Assembly: GCA_045613785.1 (NCBI GenBank)
Contig: JAZLBQ010000015.1
Span: 1-10,259, forward strand
DNA: 10,259 bases
From: Candidatus Enterousia sp.
Lineage (GTDB): Bacteria; Pseudomonadota; Alphaproteobacteria; Rs-D84
Direction of reading: 5' to 3'
Part shown: in pieces, positions 7,155-10,259 of the stretch
Position numbering within the stretch: position 1 is the first letter of the stretch
Layout of the letters: each line of letters starts with the position of its first letter
Notes under the pieces: generated by a model
Told to the model about the DNA's origin: nothing
What the model saw: only the letters and a program-made list of their open reading frames with translations
The model's database searches: none
Position numbers and translations under genes: made by a program

Positions 7155-7931
7155 ATGGCAAAGAACACATTGATTGGTGTCAGCAGCACAGCCAAAAAGG
7201 TAACCAAAATCTATGTTGGTGTCAGCAATTTGGCTAAGAAAGTCAAGAAAGGCTACATTGGTGTTGGTGGGGTTGCAAAGCTGTTTTATACAGGCGATCC
7301 GGTGCTGATATTTGAAACACAAACGGCCGGCACAACGTCACTGTCGCTGTCAGCAGGAACCTATGAAATCACCCTGATTGGCGGAGGCGGAGGCGGCGTT
7401 GCACTACGCAGTTCATCAACCGGAGGCAAGCACTATGCCCAAGGTGGTGTTGGGGGAACATTACAAATACTCGCAACTTTGACATCAGCTGCAACGGTTA
7501 GTGTGACCTGTGGTGGATATGGTTCTAGTGCTTCAGGAACATTTTCCAGTGCATCTGCAGGAACAACAACAGGAACCAATGGTGGTGCAACAACAATAAC
7601 AGGATTTACAAATCTGACCGCAAGTGCCGGTGGTGGTGTTGCAGCCAGCGTTCGAGCCACGTCAACATCCGCTGCAAATAGAACAGTTGGAACAATTGGG
7701 ACAGTATCTGTATCCGGTTCCGCATTAAAGGAAACACTTATCAACAATCCAAACCCGTGTACACCAAGTCAGGCATCATCAACCGCAACCAACCGAGCTG
7801 TCAATGGCCGAGTGAATGATAACTGGCCCGAAGACACCACACGTGGCAAAGGCGGTGACGTTGGTTGGAACGGCACCTCGTTCTTAAAAGGAACTGGTGC
7901 CACAGGCTTTGTACGCATACGACAGATGTGA
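7155..7931 (+). CDS. Glycine-rich putative tail fibre adhesin / receptor-binding protein
   Basis: 258 aa; AAGGA RBS upstream. Basic N-terminal triple repeat, then GTYEITLIGGGGGG, GGVGG, VTCGGYG, GTNGG, ASAGGG, GKGG and GTGATGFVRIR, the pattern of phage glycine-rich (polyglycine-II type) domains. Directly follows the fibre gene. Confidence 0.7.
   Translation: MAKNTLIGVSSTAKKVTKIYVGVSNLAKKVKKGYIGVGGVAKLFYTGDPVLIFETQTAGTTSLSLSAGTYEITLIGGGGGGVALRSSSTGGKHYAQGGVGGTLQILATLTSAATVSVTCGGYGSSASGTFSSASAGTTTGTNGGATTITGFTNLTASAGGGVAASVRATSTSAANRTVGTIGTVSVSGSALKETLINNPNPCTPSQASSTATNRAVNGRVNDNWPEDTTRGKGGDVGWNGTSFLKGTGATGFVRIRQM
7170..7280 (+). repeat. Three degenerate 42-nt (14-aa) repeats at the N-terminus of the Gly-rich gene
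   Basis: LIGVSSTAKKVTKI / YVGVSNLAKKVKKG / YIGVGGVAK. DNA ATTGGTGTCAGC (7173), GTTGGTGTCAGC (7215) and ATTGGTGTTGGT (7257) fall at exact 42-nt spacing. Confidence 0.85.
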
Positions 7932-7938
7932 GGAAATA

Positions 7939-8460
7939 ATGACAGATACAGATAGAGATTTTTTCAGATGGACACGTGACAAACAAGGTGCGTTTTCCAA
8001 GAACCTGAAACAGGAACTGGACAAGAAACTACCCATAGAGGGTGGAACATTGACTGGGCCAATAGAGATATCTAGCTTCAATGAAGAGCTGGAAGTAAAA
8101 AAGTTGTTGAGTATTAGGGTAAAAATGGGTGACCCAATTAGACACGACTATACATACAGCATAGGAATGCTGACTTACAGCCCGATTGTTTATGGGCTAT
8201 ATCATAATACTATGTTGTTTGGCATCTGTCATAATCTAGGGATATTTCCTGCCAATGGTGGAAAAAATTTTACACTTGGCTACTACGGTGCAAGATGGCC
8301 AAACGTCTATGCCAACAAACTAAACAATGGCGGTGATATAGAGATACCAGAAAAAGCCGGAACTATGGCTCTTCTTTCAGACATCGAAGACATATTGCGT
8401 AAGTACAACCTGATACCACAACAAGAACCGGAGGTGCCAGATGACGGAACACAAGAATAG
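7939..8460 (+). CDS. Hypothetical tail-fibre-like protein, paralogue A (173 aa)
   Basis: Start reassigned to ATG 7939: GAGGA lies upstream and MTDTDRDFFRWTRDKQ aligns with the start of paralogue B. Fibre-type motifs KLP-x-x-GGTLTGP, FTLG-x-x-x-x-RWPNVY and P-x-KAGT-x-ALLSDI. Confidence 0.75.
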   Translation: MTDTDRDFFRWTRDKQGAFSKNLKQELDKKLPIEGGTLTGPIEISSFNEELEVKKLLSIRVKMGDPIRHDYTYSIGMLTYSPIVYGLYHNTMLFGICHNLGIFPANGGKNFTLGYYGARWPNVYANKLNNGGDIEIPEKAGTMALLSDIEDILRKYNLIPQQEPEVPDDGTQE

Positions 8461-8898
8461 AGATTTCTATCGCTGGACTAGAGATAAGCAAAAGGCATTT
8501 GAGGAACAGGTAAAAGAGGCAAATGACTCCAAGTTTCCAAAAACAGGGGGCAAGATAACAGGTCCCATAGAAATAGACATTCCAGGAAGAAGAGTTAGTC
8601 CTGAAATTCCGATTAGATTCAGGGTTGAATATCATGAAACCAGTAAATACACATGGGCATTTTCTATTAGCACGGTAACGTCTACGTTTGAACTGGTGTA
8701 TGGCACGAGCAGATCATTGTTGGCTGTATCGCCAGCTTTGGGACTTTATCCAACAGATATTGATCCAAGATTTTCATTGGGAACAGAATACCGTCCTTGG
8801 CCAAATGTTTATACCAAGAAACTAAACAACGGTGCAGACCTGGAACTGCCAACCAAGGCAGGAACGGTAGCACTTCTATCAGACATCGAAGACATATT
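8377..8898 (+). repeat. 20-nt exact direct repeat TCAGACATCGAAGACATATT at 8377-8396 and 8879-8898
   Basis: Read directly from the sequence. It extends to 25/26 nt with the upstream CTTCT(T/A) and encodes SDIEDI(L) in both paralogues. Confidence 0.85.
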
Positions 8899-8935
8899 AA
8901 AAAAATACAATCTTATCCCAGAAACAAAGGAGTAA
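8441..8935 (+). CDS. Hypothetical tail-fibre-like protein, paralogue B (164 aa)
   Basis: GGAGGT RBS upstream; overlaps paralogue A by 20 nt. Shares RDF-x-RWTRDKQ, GG-x-x-TGPIEI and WPNVY...KAGT-x-ALLSDIEDIL-x-KYNLIP with paralogue A. Confidence 0.78.
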   Translation: MTEHKNRDFYRWTRDKQKAFEEQVKEANDSKFPKTGGKITGPIEIDIPGRRVSPEIPIRFRVEYHETSKYTWAFSISTVTSTFELVYGTSRSLLAVSPALGLYPTDIDPRFSLGTEYRPWPNVYTKKLNNGADLELPTKAGTVALLSDIEDILKKYNLIPETKE

Positions 8936-8938
8936 AGC

Positions 8939-10147
8939 ATGGCAGATAAGTTCTTACACGGCATAGAGGTCGTGGAACTGGACGGTGGCGCACGTCCGGT
9001 GCAGACGGTTACATCATCTGTAATCGGCTTGATCGGAACCGCACCCCAGGGACCGGTTAACACACCAACACTGATATTAGGAAACAAAACCGAGGCAATT
9101 AAAATCTTCGGCGAAGACACAGACGGATACACCATTCCTGCGGCATTAAACGGCATCCTGGATCAGACCGGTGCTGTGGTCGTGGTTATCAATGTAGCAG
9201 ATCCGGAAAATGTAGACCATTTGGGCGATGATGGCGAATTAGATCCAACAACGATAACAGAGGCAGACATTGTCGGTGGCACAAATGCAGACGGCACATA
9301 CACAGGTGTACAGGCATTATTGGCGGCACAATCTGAATGTGCGGTCCAGCCACGCATACTGATTGCCCCAGGGTTCACACACACAACCCCAGATGGCAGC
9401 ACATCAAACCCAGTCGTTGATGCATTGACCACAATCGCAGAACGGTTGCGTGCGGTAATCATTGCAGATTGTCCAAATGGAACCAAGGAACAAGCAACCC
9501 AGTTCCAAAAGAAAATAAGCAGCCCACGTGTCTATTCAGTATACCCATGGGCCAAGGTTCTGAAAGGCGACACGGTGGTTGAAGAACCATTCTCGGCTCG
9601 TGTGGCAGGTGTTATTGCCAAATCAGACAATGACCGTGGGTTCTGGTATTCACCATCGAACCAAATCATCAATGGAATTGCAGGCGTATCCAAACCGATT
9701 GACTTCACTTTGGGCGATGCAGCATGCGTTGCAAATTACCTGAACGAAAACAACGTGGCCACAGTAATCCAGCAAGACGGATTCCGTTTGTGGGGCAACC
9801 GCACAGCAAGTGCTGATGCCAAATGGTGCTATCTAAGCATACGCAGAACCGCAGATATGATAAATGACAGTCTGCTGAAAGCACACCTGTGGGCAGTCGA
9901 CAGAAACATAACCAAGACATACAAAGACGATGTTGTTGAGGGTGTGAATAACTATCTGCGATATCTGAAGAACATTGGTGCCATCATCAACGGCCAATGT
10001 TGGGCAGATCCAGCATTGAATGCAGCGGATCAGGTGCAGCAAGGCAAAATCACATTTGACTTTGATTTCACCGCACCATATCCGGCAGAACACATCACAT
10101 TCCGCAGCCGTCTGACCACAGACTATTTGGAAGAAATCTTTGAATAA
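8939..10147 (+). CDS. gpFI: Contractile tail sheath protein, P2 gpFI-like
   Basis: FLHGIEVVE-x-x-x-G-x-RP, VIGLIGTAP, YTG-x-QALL-x-A, PRILIAPGF, GFW-x-SPSN, AN-x-LN, GFRLWGNRT, RTAD-x-I, WAVD and YPAEHITF. AAGGAG RBS upstream. Confidence 0.96.
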   Translation: MADKFLHGIEVVELDGGARPVQTVTSSVIGLIGTAPQGPVNTPTLILGNKTEAIKIFGEDTDGYTIPAALNGILDQTGAVVVVINVADPENVDHLGDDGELDPTTITEADIVGGTNADGTYTGVQALLAAQSECAVQPRILIAPGFTHTTPDGSTSNPVVDALTTIAERLRAVIIADCPNGTKEQATQFQKKISSPRVYSVYPWAKVLKGDTVVEEPFSARVAGVIAKSDNDRGFWYSPSNQIINGIAGVSKPIDFTLGDAACVANYLNENNVATVIQQDGFRLWGNRTASADAKWCYLSIRRTADMINDSLLKAHLWAVDRNITKTYKDDVVEGVNNYLRYLKNIGAIINGQCWADPALNAADQVQQGKITFDFDFTAPYPAEHITFRSRLTTDYLEEIFE

Positions 10148-10161
10148 CAAAGGGGAACAAT

Positions 10162-10259
10162 ATGACTAAAATCCTGAAAAACTTTAATTTGTTCGTGGAC
10201 GGCCGTGGGTATGCCGGACGTGCCGAAGAAGTCACACCACCGAAACTGACAATCAAGAC
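10162..10259 (+). CDS. gpFII: Major tail tube protein, P2 gpFII-like (5' fragment, truncated by window)
   Basis: Not in the ORF track. ATG 10162 follows AGGGG and translates MTKILKNFNLFVDGRGYAGRAEEVTPPKLTIK, the canonical P2 FII tube N-terminus. Follows the sheath gene. Confidence 0.92.
   Translation, partial: MTKILKNFNLFVDGRGYAGRAEEVTPPKLTIK

Larger units (their letters stand above)
1..10259 (+). mobile_element. Head-baseplate-tail morphogenesis module of a myovirus-type phage/prophage
   Basis: Sixteen co-oriented genes (not counting the nested scaffold) with overlaps or gaps of 14 nt or less and no visible frameshifts. Free phage versus prophage cannot be decided from this window. Confidence 0.93.

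Noticed and set aside
7897-7938. ORF-track start of paralogue A at 7897
   Set aside because: It overlaps the upstream gene. ATG 7939 has a GAGGA RBS and aligns with the start of paralogue B.
8458-8460. Sole TAG stop among the called genes, suggesting stop-codon recoding
   Set aside because: No called gene has an internal TAG, and readthrough here meets another TAG and then TAA within about nine codons. The standard code explains everything.
7939-8935. Diversity-generating retroelement template/variable repeat pair
   Set aside because: The differences between copies are not adenine-specific, both copies are intact ORFs, the variable part is central and barely alignable at DNA level, and no reverse transcriptase is in the window.
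7146-8938. Invertible (shufflon or Gin/Cin-type) fibre cassette
   Set aside because: All genes are co-oriented with their own starts. I found no flanking inverted repeats by eye and no recombinase in the window.
1-10259. Tailocin / extracellular contractile injection system
   Set aside because: Portal, protease and capsid genes are present and look intact, so this encodes a DNA-packaging particle. A domesticated gene transfer agent cannot be excluded but has no support here.
1-10259. CRISPR array, tRNA, structured ncRNA or rho-independent terminator
   Set aside because: No intergenic gap exceeds 14 nt, and I saw no repeat-spacer pattern or convincing hairpin followed by a U-tract.

Overview
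The window is one densely packed, all plus-strand virion morphogenesis operon of a contractile-tailed phage or prophage. Gene order: lambda-type portal (3' end), S49 head-maturation protease with a probable nested scaffold, capsid decoration protein, Mu gpT-like major capsid protein, head-tail joining protein, tail terminator, P2-like baseplate genes V, W, J and I, gpH-like tail fibre, three accessory genes, tail sheath, start of tail tube. The unusual part is 6027-8935. The fibre ends without an obvious receptor-binding domain. It is followed not by a Tfa/gpG chaperone but by a Gly-rich putative adhesin with a triple 14-aa N-terminal repeat, then two tandem paralogues with conserved ends and collinear but highly divergent, lower-GC cores. 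This looks like a modular host-range cassette. All calls come from motif recognition and synteny; no database searches were run, and identities and GC values are hand counts.
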